A stretch of DNA of 64,000 nt from an uncultured Verrucomicrobiae bacterium (GCA_963788655.1 CAWBHS010000074.1:1-64000), one strand, 5' to 3'. Shown: positions 19,670-30,860, counted from the first letter of the stretch. The notes: a model not told the origin generated them from the sequence alone. Numbers and translations are program-made.

Positions 19670-20683
19670 CTACTTGAGTTCGAGGTCCGCCGGTTTCAGG
19701 CCGGGCTTGAATTTGCCAAAACCAAAATTGGTTGGCTGATACTCCCCGACGTAATCGACACTGCTCTTGGCCGGAATCTTGTCCGCTAAACCCACCGCCC
19801 AGTAACACGCATTGACCAACAGGCGGCGCAGGCCTTCATTTTCCAAATCCAAGGAAGCGCCCATGGTGGTCGTCACAATTTGGGAAGTCTTACCCTTTTC
19901 ACCGGTGTATTCGCGCAGCCAAACCAACGGCATCATGGGATCGTTCTTCTTGCCGGCCACCGGCGGATCGGTGGGCTGCATGCCGGAAAGAACCTGCCCC
20001 CAGACCAGCACCTGAGCGTCCTTGGGCAAATGAATGATGGCATAGACATCAGTAGGTCCCCATAGATCCGTTACGCCGCGCAGGATGGGGTGGTCTTTGA
20101 ACGCTTCGTTGATGACGCCATGCGTGCTCTCTTTACCGTGTGAGCCGTGGTGGTTGATCCAGGTGTCGCCGAGCACTTGCTGACCAAATCCGCCGGGCCA
20201 TTTCTTGTTTTGGAACGAATACTTGGCATACGGACTTTGCGAATTCCCCCCGTAGTTGAACGCGTGCGTGCTGGTGCGCAGGGCGATAATGGGTTTGCCG
20301 GAGTTCACGTAATCGACGAAATGTTTCATCTGCGCATCCGGCAGATGTCGAAACCGCAGCAACATGAAACACAAATCCGCGGAGTCCAGTGCCTCGAGGC
20401 CCGGGATGTTGTCGAGGGTGGTTGGACTGATGGTGCCGTCGGTCTTGTTGATGGCAAACAGCACGGTACACTTGAAGCCATGGCGCTCGGCCAGGATTCT
20501 CGCCATCATGGGCAGTCCCTCTTCTGAACGATACTCTTCGTCGCCCGAGAGGAAAACAATGTGCTTGCCCTTGCCGGGGCCATCCTTGCCTTCGTAAACG
20601 ACCCAGTCTTTGGCCCCGACGTGGCTACCGCCGAATGTGAATGCGAGGAACATGGAACAAACCAGATATTTGATGTTTTTCAT
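19670..20683 (-). CDS. ThuA-like domain secreted protein
   Basis: GPGKGKHIVFLSGDEEYRSEE, RTSTHAF, TTTMGAS; signal peptide. Confidence 0.85.
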   Translation of the reverse strand: MKNIKYLVCSMFLAFTFGGSHVGAKDWVVYEGKDGPGKGKHIVFLSGDEEYRSEEGLPMMARILAERHGFKCTVLFAINKTDGTISPTTLDNIPGLEALDSADLCFMLLRFRHLPDAQMKHFVDYVNSGKPIIALRTSTHAFNYGGNSQSPYAKYSFQNKKWPGGFGQQVLGDTWINHHGSHGKESTHGVINEAFKDHPILRGVTDLWGPTDVYAIIHLPKDAQVLVWGQVLSGMQPTDPPVAGKKNDPMMPLVWLREYTGEKGKTSQIVTTTMGASLDLENEGLRRLLVNACYWAVGLADKIPAKSSVDYVGEYQPTNFGFGKFKPGLKPADLELK

Positions 20684-20815
20684 GGTGGCGTAATGTTTGA
20701 AAATTGTTAACGGCCCGGCTCGTTTTTGACAACCGCAAAGAACTGTTGTGCCACAAAAGATAGGACCACCGAGCTAAGCCGGAGCGATTCCGTTGGAGTG
20801 GCTGCATACATACAG

Positions 20816-23479
20816 CTAGGGCGATTCCGTCGCGCACTGCTTCCAGAGCCGGGCAATTTGTTGCTTTTGCGGTTCTGAGGATTGCTCGTCAGCCACGAGC
20901 AATCGATCCAGCCCGTCCGCCAGCTTGCGCACGGTATCGAGGTAGGATTGATCAGCCGCAACCTCCGACACCGGACTGGCCAGCGGTTTGAGGGTGCCGT
21001 TGTTCAGCATGCTCAAACGGGTGTGCGCGGTGGCCAGGCAGTCGATCAACAATCGCACGTGCGCCGCAAGGCTGGTGTCGGCGAGACTATTCTCGTTCAG
21101 CAAGCGTTGAAATCGCACGTAGCGTTTGGCGGGCTCCAGCAGCTTCGCAATGTCCGGCATTGTCGTCCCGGCGCGTTGCGCCACACGACGTCCTTGCACG
21201 TAAAGAGCGAGTTGCCCGTCGGGGGCAACGGTTCCTGCCACGTGGACCCATTGGCCCGGGGTCAAGGCTGCCTCGGCAATCACCGTTCCGGCCTGAGAAA
21301 TCAGCCGCAGGGAATTCCCGGGATACGTATCGAGGAGAAAGCCGTTCGAAGTGCCGGCCTGGGATTTGTCGATGATACGTCCTCCACTGGCGGGCAGCTC
21401 CTCCGGGCAAAGCCAGGCATCAAGCGTACAAGCATCGGCGAAATTGAGCGAGGAATCGGGGGCGATTTCCAGATATCCGGAACCGTCCAGATGAATGGCC
21501 GTGCCCATGACGGTGTTCGTCTGTCCCACGGTTCCGGCTGCGCGCGCTACTAAAGGCGTCCCGGCTTGGGACACGAAGTTGCTCAGCGCTGAATTCTCGA
21601 ATGACCAGTCGCCAACGAGCGCCGGATCCTTAGACAGCGGACCAGGACTTTGCTGGTGGAGTGTCTCAATTTCGTCAGGGGCCAACGCCCGGTTGAAAAT
21701 GCGCACCCGCGCCAGATCACCATGAAAACGAGTTTCGCCATTGCTGTCGGCACCAATTCTCAGCGGCAGACTGTTGGTGGAGAAATTGGGTTGTTTCAGG
21801 CGCAGCCATGCTTCGTCGTTTGGTGGCAATGGCGGCATTGCGCGCTCGGGTGACGGTTGGAATCCCAGAGGCTTGGCGCCACCCAAGGCAATTTCAATCG
21901 TCGCGATTTCCGGCACATTTACGTACGGCAGGAAAACCGATTGCCGGTCAAACCGCTTCCAGGTTTTGCCGTTAATCCTGACGGCGGTAACAGTTCCGGT
22001 GCCGACGGTGGCCAGGTAAAGGCGTTTCGTGCCAAACCGGATCGGGAATCGCTGTTCCAAGCGCGTAATGCCCGGCGGGATGTGCGGCACCAGCGTGAGC
22101 CCGTCCGCGCGATAAAGATACTCGAACAATCCCCGCACCATCGCCGCCGGCGGACCTAACGCGTCGTAGGTGAGGTTGATCGGTCGGCCCGGTTGATAAA
22201 CGTCGCTGCCGAATTTCACCAGCGGATTGTCCATGCGAAAGCGGCGTGCAAACGTGAGCAGTTGCCGCATGGATCGGCGAGCGTCATCGAAATGGCTGAG
22301 CCGGTAATAGCCGAGGATCATGCGCGCTTCGCATGTGGACCAGTGCCCGCCATTGACCCACGTGCCGTAATTCCATAAGCCTGTCGGTGACTCGTACATG
22401 TCGTCGTAGGACGGATAATTCGGCAGGATAAAATCGTATGGACGAAGCTCCGGCAGCGAGGCGATGCGGTCATAAATCCGTTCCGCCTGCGCGTCGTCCA
22501 CCACGCGGAAGGCGATGGCGTCTTGATTGGGCGAGGTTTCAAAATAGCCATGTTTCTCGGCGCCGAACACGCCGTGGCGCGTGCCGTCCGGATCAAGCGA
22601 GTTGATGAAATATCCTTCGTCGGTGGTGAGCCGCGCCAGGCCCAGTCGGGCGGTCGCGCGTTGTTGGGTGCGATGTTCCGCCTCCAGGTCGCGCCCGGCC
22701 AATTGCTCGAGCGCGATTAATCGGTCCAGCGCCGCAATGTAGGTGACCGACAAACCGGCAAGGTAAGCCTTGCCATACGTACCGTCGGGCTGTTTCCATC
22801 CGGCGAAACTCGGCGCGAGCAAATTGGCCGCGGGGCCGGCCAGGAAGAGATTGTTCGTCGGATCGCGGCGCGTTTCGATGAAATTGGCGCACCGTTCAAG
22901 CTTGGGCAAATACTTGGCAATGGCCACCTGGTCCCGGCCAATGAGTAGGAGTTCGGATTGCATCAACAATCCCGCCGCGGTGAATTCCATTCCCCAATCG
23001 TGAATCTGCGGACGCCCATCGCCCTGCCGGTAAACGATCCAGCCGGGCCGCGCGCAGTCGCACAAACAACCGTCCGGCGCCACCCAGTCGAACGGCGGTT
23101 TGGCGCCAACCCGCTTCCCATCGCCCATCTGATCGAACCAGAGATCCTGCGAATTTTGAAGAAAGGTCACGAACGGTTCTGTCAAGAACGGCAGCACGCA
23201 GTACGTCGGCCCGTAACTGTTCTGGATCCACCACGCATCCCACGTCGGACCTTCCACCAGCCCATTCCAGTCCGGCCGATACAGCATCGCCAGATTTTGA
23301 AACTCGGGGTCCGGAGCAAACATTCGGCGCGCCGTGTCGAGCAGACGAAGATATTCCACGTCTCCGCTACCGCGATAAAAACGACCTTCGAACGTTGCTG
23401 GTCCGGTGGCTTGCAGGGATACTGCCAAGAGGTGGAACAGAATCAACAATCCGGAAAGGAATTTCGAGGTATTCATCAT
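20816..23479 (-). CDS. Secreted putative (alpha/alpha)6 glycoside hydrolase with LamG-like domain
   Basis: Signal peptide; helical catalytic-like region (WVNGGHWSTCEAR); LamG-type strands (TLDAW, WVHVAGT, LYVQG, LRIG..RVRIFNRAL). Confidence 0.7.
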   Translation of the reverse strand: MMNTSKFLSGLLILFHLLAVSLQATGPATFEGRFYRGSGDVEYLRLLDTARRMFAPDPEFQNLAMLYRPDWNGLVEGPTWDAWWIQNSYGPTYCVLPFLTEPFVTFLQNSQDLWFDQMGDGKRVGAKPPFDWVAPDGCLCDCARPGWIVYRQGDGRPQIHDWGMEFTAAGLLMQSELLLIGRDQVAIAKYLPKLERCANFIETRRDPTNNLFLAGPAANLLAPSFAGWKQPDGTYGKAYLAGLSVTYIAALDRLIALEQLAGRDLEAEHRTQQRATARLGLARLTTDEGYFINSLDPDGTRHGVFGAEKHGYFETSPNQDAIAFRVVDDAQAERIYDRIASLPELRPYDFILPNYPSYDDMYESPTGLWNYGTWVNGGHWSTCEARMILGYYRLSHFDDARRSMRQLLTFARRFRMDNPLVKFGSDVYQPGRPINLTYDALGPPAAMVRGLFEYLYRADGLTLVPHIPPGITRLEQRFPIRFGTKRLYLATVGTGTVTAVRINGKTWKRFDRQSVFLPYVNVPEIATIEIALGGAKPLGFQPSPERAMPPLPPNDEAWLRLKQPNFSTNSLPLRIGADSNGETRFHGDLARVRIFNRALAPDEIETLHQQSPGPLSKDPALVGDWSFENSALSNFVSQAGTPLVARAAGTVGQTNTVMGTAIHLDGSGYLEIAPDSSLNFADACTLDAWLCPEELPASGGRIIDKSQAGTSNGFLLDTYPGNSLRLISQAGTVIAEAALTPGQWVHVAGTVAPDGQLALYVQGRRVAQRAGTTMPDIAKLLEPAKRYVRFQRLLNENSLADTSLAAHVRLLIDCLATAHTRLSMLNNGTLKPLASPVSEVAADQSYLDTVRKLADGLDRLLVADEQSSEPQKQQIARLWKQCATESP

Positions 23480-23618
23480 GGTATTCCCTGATTCAGACTT
23501 GGTTGGCGCCGGTCTTGTTCAATTGAATGGAATTGAAATCCAGCATTCGAATGGTGCGAAGACAGCAACGGGGCACACTCAAAACACAACCTGGCGGAAC
23601 ACGAGGGGTGTGAACGAT

Positions 23619-23660
23619 CGCGCCAGCGTTTGGAGTGCGTCCGGCTTGCCGGCGCTTTCG
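23619..23660. repeat. REP-like family A copy
   Basis: Exact reverse complement of 1200-1241. Confidence 0.85.
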
Positions 23661-23698
23661 GTTGGGATAAGCCGCTGACCCGAATATTTCACGCGCAC

Positions 23699-23776
23699 TG
23701 TAGCCGCTGACGTCAGGAGGCGGATTCACCAGTGCCAAGTAGCCCAAAGGTCCACCTCCTCACGTCGGTGGCTACA
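23699..23776. repeat. Family B-related palindrome
   Basis: TGTAGCCGCTGACGTCAGGAGGCGGA / TCCACCTCCTCACGTCGGTGGCTACA. Confidence 0.75.
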
Positions 23777-23828
23777 GATTTGAGGACTTTTAAAACACGT
23801 TCCAACCTGTATCTATGCAATTCTGCAT

Positions 23829-23937
23829 GGGGAGCGCTCCCGCCTTGGGCCCGCGACTGAGCCGTCACTGATTAGTGAGTTGCTCGAAAGTGGTTGGCGA
23901 GGCGCCAACCACGGCGCCTGAGGCGGGCGCGCTCCCC
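23829..23937. repeat. REP-like family C (both arms)
   Basis: GGGGAGCGCTCCCGCC ... GGCGGGCGCGCTCCCC; matches 19549-19594. Confidence 0.75.
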
Positions 23938-23958
23938 TTTCCGACTGCATCGATACGG

Positions 23959-26010
23959 TTATGGTTCGGACACCAGGTACGGATCAATGAGCAAATCGCT
24001 GCTGTTCAGACTGGTGTTGTGGCCTTCGATGGCCAGCACGTTGGTCCCATTCTTAAGATACTTATAAGAGTCCTGGAGCGCGTAGAAAGTGAGGCCGTGA
24101 GCGGTGTGGCCTTTGACATCTTTCGCCTTCTCTCCGCGACCGTTCCCGACATTCTTGCGCAGGATTTCATGGCCATTGAGGTAGGCAATGAAACCGTCAT
24201 CGTAGTCCATCATCAGTCCCAGCTCGGTGATGAGATCAGCCTTCTCCACCACAAACGTATGGCGCAGATAAATCACTTGGTATTGGTTGCGCATATCGTT
24301 CAAGCGGGTGCGGGCCTGTGGATACTTGTAACCAAATCCTGCCGCGCCGTTCTTCCAACCGGCCGCGTCAAAATCCAGGTGCGTCCATCGGTCCGACGCG
24401 GGACGGCTGCCAGCCAGATACTGCCACGAAGCATGAGCGGGGATCAGCACGGTGTAATCAACAGGAAGCATGGACAACCAGTCCTTTTGTGGCGGGTAAC
24501 CGCCTTTGGGGTTCGGTGGCGGTTGCCACGGTTTTGCCAGCCGCACGGGCGATACGGTGCCGCGTTTGACGAGGCTGAACCGGTCGCGTTCCTGGCCGCG
24601 GGCGTTCAACATGATGCCCGTGAGTGTGTCGCCGTTGATGTCCACAATCACGCTTCCGTGTTCCGGATAAATCGTGCGCTTCATCAAGGGACACGTGCCT
24701 TTGCGTCCCAACCTGCCGCCGCCATGGCCCGCCACCACCAACACCGTGCCTTGGTGCGGATTCAGACCAGCGCTCTTTCGATACGGACCGTCTCCGGCTG
24801 GATTGCCGTCGCCGTCGTCGAGGACGACATTTGCCGAGGTGGTATTGGTGGCGTAGGCGCCGTCCACCAGCATCGACCGCTCGTAAATATGCGAATGCCC
24901 GCTCAGAACCAGGTCCACGCCGCCCGCCTCCAAAATGGGCATGAACACGGCGCGCATTTCGATCAGTTCCTTTTCCTTGTCGCTGTCGTGCGAGCCTTTG
25001 GTGTACGGAGCGTGATGGAAGAAAGCGATGCACCATTGAGCCCGCTGGGCTTGGGCTTGGGCCAAGTCGGTTTTCAGCCAATTGGCCATCGTGTCCGTGG
25101 CTTTGTTGCGGACTTCAAATGATTCCAGGCTAATGAAGTGAACGTCACCGTAATCAAAGGAATAGAACGCTTCAGTGCCCGAGGGAGTTCCACCCGCCTC
25201 GCCTTCCGTCGGGGCAACATACGCATCGAAATACGGGCCCACGCCGGTGATCGACGACGAGCTGTAGCCTTCGTGATTGGCAAACGTCGGCCAACAAACG
25301 GTGTGGCGCAGGGTCGGTTCGTAAACGCGGAAGAAACGAGTTCGGAATTGTGCGTCGCGGCCCCGCGTGTAGGCCATGTCACCGACGTGCAGCCAAAGAT
25401 CACAGGGATGTCGCTCGTTGGCCTCGCGCGCCACCAATGCACGATACACTTGCAACTGGGCATTGCGGGCAGTGCCGGAATCACCCAACACCGCGAAGCG
25501 CAGCGGGTGGCTGACTCCGGGTTGGGGATTGGTTTGAAAATGGTAACTGTCGTCCGCTGGCGTCAACCGCGTTTCGCCGTCATACAACGCGTAATAGTAC
25601 TGCGTATCGGGCGACAACCCGGAAAGCTGCACTTCGTATTGAAAGGTTCCCACGGGCGCCCCGGACAGCCTAGCCAGACCCAGATTGGCGCGCGTGCGGA
25701 GGGCCTGAACCCGCGGCGTCAAATCGTAGATGCCCCCCAAAGCCGTGCGCACCACGACCGCATCGCCACGGGCTACCTTATCCAAATGATCCCGCTCCGC
25801 GCCGTAATGTACTGCGGCGTCGATGTTCTTCCACAACGTCCGCCAGACCACGCAGATCGAATTGGGAGTAGCCATCTGCAAGTACGGCCCCCGGCTGATC
25901 ACCAGCGCTTGATCCGGCAGTTCAGCACTCCGGACTGCCGCGGGCCAAACCAGAAGCGCCACGACAATCCCCAACAACGATGTTCGCCCAATAGAGTGTG
26001 GGTGTTTCAT
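23959..26010 (-). CDS. Secreted purple acid phosphatase-like metallophosphoesterase with C-terminal beta domain
   Basis: RGPYLQ, LGDSG, HVGDMAY, ANHE, FHHAPY, LSGHSHIYERS; C-terminal DYDDGFIAYLNG domain. Confidence 0.88.
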   Translation of the reverse strand: MKHPHSIGRTSLLGIVVALLVWPAAVRSAELPDQALVISRGPYLQMATPNSICVVWRTLWKNIDAAVHYGAERDHLDKVARGDAVVVRTALGGIYDLTPRVQALRTRANLGLARLSGAPVGTFQYEVQLSGLSPDTQYYYALYDGETRLTPADDSYHFQTNPQPGVSHPLRFAVLGDSGTARNAQLQVYRALVAREANERHPCDLWLHVGDMAYTRGRDAQFRTRFFRVYEPTLRHTVCWPTFANHEGYSSSSITGVGPYFDAYVAPTEGEAGGTPSGTEAFYSFDYGDVHFISLESFEVRNKATDTMANWLKTDLAQAQAQRAQWCIAFFHHAPYTKGSHDSDKEKELIEMRAVFMPILEAGGVDLVLSGHSHIYERSMLVDGAYATNTTSANVVLDDGDGNPAGDGPYRKSAGLNPHQGTVLVVAGHGGGRLGRKGTCPLMKRTIYPEHGSVIVDINGDTLTGIMLNARGQERDRFSLVKRGTVSPVRLAKPWQPPPNPKGGYPPQKDWLSMLPVDYTVLIPAHASWQYLAGSRPASDRWTHLDFDAAGWKNGAAGFGYKYPQARTRLNDMRNQYQVIYLRHTFVVEKADLITELGLMMDYDDGFIAYLNGHEILRKNVGNGRGEKAKDVKGHTAHGLTFYALQDSYKYLKNGTNVLAIEGHNTSLNSSDLLIDPYLVSEP

Positions 26011-26229
26011 GCTTCCATTTTTATGGACGATGCTGCTGACGTCAAATTTTCGTGGCCAAAAACAATGAAAACGGCGGGATGAGTCTCTAAGTTGAATCGT
26101 CTCGCGCGGTTCGTTGAAACGCGTCAAGCGTCCTGCTTGGAAGGACTGAAAACCCGAAAGAGAATAGCCCAGAGCAGAACGAGTGGCCGTCCTTGAACTC
26201 GATTTCGCCATCAATCCGATGGTCCTTGT

Positions 26230-26930
26230 TCATGTAGCCGCGATAGATTTGACCGGCTTGACCACGATGAATCCGGTGTGATGCACCGCCAGCAATTCGC
26301 GGCTCACGTTATCAATCACCGCCTGCCCTTCGCTCTACATCTCGCGCACCCGCTCTTTCAACGCCGGCGAATCGAACTTCTCCTCGATCACATCGCACCG
26401 GAGGATCGGTTTGCCGCAGTATCCGGACAGAACACATTCCCCTTTCTGCCGGGAGCCAGCGCCTTGGTGATCTTCGCCTGGTCCGCAACCTGGGAAAGTC
26501 CCGTAGGGACGACCGAAAATAGCCCACCGTTTCAACGGTGGGTAGGAGGAGTAGGAGTAGTAGTAGCCAATTCTCACATGCGTCCAAGCCCCGCCAGGGG
26601 CGAAAGAGATCGCCCGGCAAAACCCAAGCTGTTCTTTCGTCCCGGACGGGACTTGTCCCCTTTGCCCCTGGAAACCCAGCGATAAATCGTTGGGCTATTG
26701 TCTTTCGCCCTGCCGGGCTGCGGAATGCGGCGCTCCACCAGCGTCTGGTGCTTGGCTAGCAGGACGAACCGTTCCTCGTCGCCTTCGAGCCGCGGCATCG
26801 AGGATTCGTATGCCCGGTCGCCCTTCAAGACCCGCTCCTCCACCAAGGCAGCCGCGCTGGTGCTCGTCCGCCTGCAATGTCCGGATCACGGCCTGCGCGT
26901 AGGCGTTGATGCGCTCCGGCTGACCTGAAT
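26230..26930 (-). pseudogene. Decayed CDS of unknown family, interrupted by a repeat element
   Basis: Protein-like segments in shifting frames with an in-frame stop (QPERINAYAQAVIRTLQ / VEERVLKGDRAYESSMPRLEGDEERF..VERRIP / QVADQAKITKAL / EEKFDSPALKERVREM*SEGQAVIDNV). Confidence 0.45.
26497..26720. repeat. Composite palindromic REP/MITE-like element, family E
   Basis: AGTCCCGTAGGGACGACCGAAAATAGCCCACCGTTTCAACGGTGGG vs inverted CCCAGCGATAAATCGTTGGGCTATTGTCTTTCGCCCTGCCGGGCT; inner AGCCCCGCCAGGGGCGAAAGA / TCTTTCGTCCCGGACGGGACT. Confidence 0.8.
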
Positions 26931-27107
26931 GGGGTGCTGGCTTCGCAACGGGAAGCAGTCGAGCACCGACATTCTTGTCAGCGCTCCCAGGAATTCAGAA
27001 GCCTGTTCCACTTTGACCAGCCGTGTTGGAACATGGGCAACATGAATAAAAAGCGACACGCCAATGCTGACCCACTTGGCGGAGAGCCAAAATTATATGA
27101 ATCAGCA

Positions 27108-27165
27108 AATCAACGATTTAGAAGTGCATACTTCGGCTTGGCAGGACGTTGGCAGGTCCGTTGCT
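27108..27165 (+). promoter_or_regulatory. sigma54 promoter with upstream IHF-like site for glnK-amtB-glnA
   Basis: TTGGCAGGTCCGTTGCT (27149-27165, GG-N10-GC); AATCAACGATTTA (27108-27120) fits WATCAANNNNTTR. Confidence 0.75.
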
Positions 27166-27313
27166 TTAGGCAAGAGCATCATTTTGTTGCGTGGACCATT
27201 GTGCTTGGTTTTGCCCCTGTCGGCATGCCAACACAATTATTGTTTCCAATATTTCAATAACCAGTGTCGCGAGGCTGGCAGGGCCGGTTTCGCAAGTGGG
27301 ATGAGCAACCTGA

Positions 27314-27664
<351 letters not shown>

Positions 27665-27721
27665 GGTTATGACGTTATTGTTGCAGCCATCCTGTCTCAA
27701 TCCCAGCCTTTGAAATCGCGC

Positions 27722-29135
27722 ATGAAGATCGTTTTCCCCGTTCTCCTGATTGTCGGAGTTTTGTTCAGTCTGAGTATCCCCGCTCGGGCGGCCGAGAGCA
27801 AGGCAGCTCCGGCGGCGATTAGCTTGGAACAACGCGTGGCGGACCTCGAGGCCTACATCAACAATTCTGCCCGTACGGAGAATGTGGAGAATCGAGTCAA
27901 AGGAGCGGGCCCCGGGCACAATGCCTGGCTGATGACCTCGTCGGCCTTGGTTCTCTTCATGACGCTGCCGGGATTGGCCTTGTTCTACGGCGGGTTGGTG
28001 CGGCGCAAGAATGTGCTCTCGGTTCTGGCGCAATGTTTGGGCTTGGCTGGCATGGTGACGATTTTGTGGTGGATTTGCGGATACAGTCTTGCCTTCGCCT
28101 CTGGCTCGTCTTTCATGGGCAACCTGGAGTTTGCCTTTTTCAAAGGAGTGGACTCGAGTCCGGGCGGCGGGCCTTGGATTTCGCACAATATTTTCGCCAT
28201 GTTCCAACTCATGTTTGCCATCATCACGCCCGCGCTGATTGTGGGCGCGATTGCCGAACGAATGAAGTTTTCGGCAATCCTGGTGTTCATGGCGTTGTGG
28301 ATGTTCGTTGTTTATTTCCCACTGGCCCACATGATTTGGGGCGGCGACGGGCTGATGAACGGGATTGGCAACAGCAACGCCGCCATTAAAGCCATTGATT
28401 TCGCCGGCGGCACGGTGGTCCACATGTCCTCGGGTTGGTCGGCGCTGATCCTGTGTTTGATCTTGGGGCCGCGCCTCGGGCATCCCAAAGAACCCATGCC
28501 GCCGCACAGCATGGTGTTGACGATGGTCGGAACCGGTATGCTGTGGGTGGGGTGGTACGGATTCAACGCGGGCAGCGCCCTGGCCGCCGACGGCATCGCC
28601 GCCAATGCGTTTACTACCACCACCCTGGCGGCCGCGGTGGCGGCCTTCAGTTGGGCGATGGCGGAATATCTTACTCAAAGGCCGGCCCAGCGTCCTGGGT
28701 TTTTGTTCCGGCGTCGTGGCGGGCTTGGTGGTGATCACTCCGGCTGCCGGCTTTGTGGACGCCACAGGGGCCGTTATCATTGGAGTTCTGGCAGGCTTGG
28801 TGCCGTTTGCCGCTTGTGCCTACTTGAAACCCCGATTTGGCTATGACGATGCGCTGGATACCTTCGGCATTCACGCCGTGGGCGGAACGCTCGGAGCTTT
28901 CCTGACTGGAGTGTTGGCGACACCGGCGGTCAATCCCGGCATCGAAGGCATCGTCAAAGGCCTGTGGCTGGAGCAACTCAAAGCGATGGGGCTAACCATT
29001 GCACTGGCCGTGGTGGGCACGGTGGTCATCGCGTATATCGTCAAGGCGATGGTCGGACTCCGACCGTCCGAGGAAGACGAAACCCTCGGTTTAGACTTGG
29101 CTGAACATGGCGAAGAAGGCTATCACGTCTCCTAA
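27722..29135 (+). CDS. amtB: Ammonium transporter (one frameshift near 28678)
   Basis: PGLALFYGGLVR, FQLMFAIITPAL, DFAGGTVVH, GWYGFNAGS; continues GLVVITPAAG, DDALDTFGIH, GLDLAEHGE. Confidence 0.93.
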
Positions 29136-29234
29136 CGTTTTCGAGGCTCGGCGCAGGCAGTATTAGCGACCACTGCGTGCGCCAGTCTTCAAGCATCCGA
29201 AAAGCAATAAACAATACATTCAAAGCAAAAAGTT

Positions 29235-30668
29235 ATGCCACAAAGCGACAAATCAGCGACTCCCAAGAGCGTGATCGACCTGGCCAAGAAGGCCGAAGCC
29301 AAAATGTTGGACATCAAGTTTGTCGATACCTTCGGCTCCTGGCAGCACTTCAGTTGTCCGGTCCACGAACTGACCGAGGACATTTTCACCGAGGGCCTGG
29401 GTTTTGACGGTTCGTCCATCCGCGGCTGGAAAAGCATCGAAGCCTCCGACATGTTGGCGATGCCCGATCCGGCCACCGCGTTCATCGATCCGTTCTGCGC
29501 CATGCCCACCCTCTCGCTTGACCTGCACCATTGCCGAAACCGGCACCCGCGAGCCCTACACCCGCGATCCGCGCGGCATTGCCCAGCGCGCCGAGCAAAC
29601 CTCATCTCGCACCGGCCTGGCCGACGAAGCCTTCTTCGGGCCGGAAGCCGAGTTTTTCATCTTCGACAACGTGCAATTCGACAGCAAGAGCAACGGCACG
29701 TTCTACAGTGTCGATTCCGAGGAAGGCATCTGGAACACGGGCCGCGAGGAAATGCCCAACCTGGGCTACAAGATTCGCCACAAGGAAGGGTATTTCCCGG
29801 TGCGCGCCCACGGACACCCAACAGGACATCCGCACCGAGATGATGCCTGCTGATGATGGAACTGGGCGTGCCCATCGAGCGGCAGCACCACGAAGTGGCC
29901 ACCGCCGGCCAGGCGGAAATTGATTATCGCTTCACACGCTGCTGCGGGCGGCGGACATGATGATGGTGTACAAGTACGTCATCAAGAACGTGGCGCGCCG
30001 GCACGGCAAGACGGTGACGTTCATGCCCAAACCGCTCTTTGGCGACAACGGCAGCGGGATGCACACCCACCAGAGCCTGTGGAAGAAGGGCAAGCCGCTG
30101 TTTGCGGGCAACGAGTACGCGGGGCTGAGCCAGATGGCGCTCTATTACGTCGGCGGGTTGCTCAAGCATGCGCGGGCGTTGTGTGCGTTGTGCAATCCCG
30201 ACGACCAACAGCTACAAGCGGCTGGTGCCGGGCTATGAAGCGCCGGTGAACCTGGCCTACAGCTCACGCAACCGCAGCGCGGCGATCCGCATTCCGACCT
30301 ACAGCGAGAGCCCGAAAGCCAAGCGGGTCGAGTATCGGCCGCCGGACCCGGCCGCCAATCCGTATCTGGCCTTTGCGGCGCTGCTGATGGCGGGACTGGA
30401 CGGGATGCAGAACAAGATTGATCCGGGCGAACCGCTGGACAAGAACATCTACGAATTGCCGCCTGAGGAACTCAAAAAAGTGCCGAACGTGGCCGGGAGT
30501 TTGGGCGAAGCGTTGGATTGCCTGGAAGCGGACCATGAATTTCTGCTCAAGGGCGACGTGTTCACGCAGGATTTCCTGGACACGTGGATCAGCGCCAAGC
30601 GCAAGGAGAACGACGCGTTGCGGCTGCGCCCGCATCCGTACGAATTCAGCATGTATTACGACGTGTAA
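29235..30668 (+). CDS. glnA: Glutamine synthetase type I (about five frameshifts)
   Basis: [71 protein letters not shown], spread over frames; shifts near 29520, 29803, 29847, 29934, 30200. Confidence 0.93.
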
Positions 30669-30747
30669 GTACGTGCCATCGCTTTGCCCCGGATGCTTGG
30701 AATGCTTGGACACGGGGTAGAGTGCTACCCGAGATGAGAAGGGTCGC

Positions 30748-30776
30748 AAGGCGTGGACGAAAGTCCACGCCTTTTT
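30748..30776 (+). terminator. Rho-independent terminator after glnA
   Basis: AAGGCGTGGAC-GAAA-GTCCACGCCTT then TTT. Confidence 0.85.
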
Positions 30777-30860
30777 GATTTCAATGACAATTGATTTGCG
30801 TCAAGTCGCCGCCGTTTTCTTGCTTGCAACTCTGAATGGGTTGCCATATTTTGCACCCGC

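Noticed and set aside
20737..20753. sigma54 promoter before the ThuA gene (minus-strand TGGCACAACAGTTCTT)
   Set aside because: Good -24 half, but the -12 GC is missing.
29135..29235. Glutamine (glnA-motif) riboswitch
   Set aside because: Only a simple hairpin is present; I could not match the three-stem junction consensus.
30778..30805. Fur box upstream of feoA
   Set aside because: AATGACAATTGATTT only partly matches the consensus; plausible but not supportable from sequence alone.
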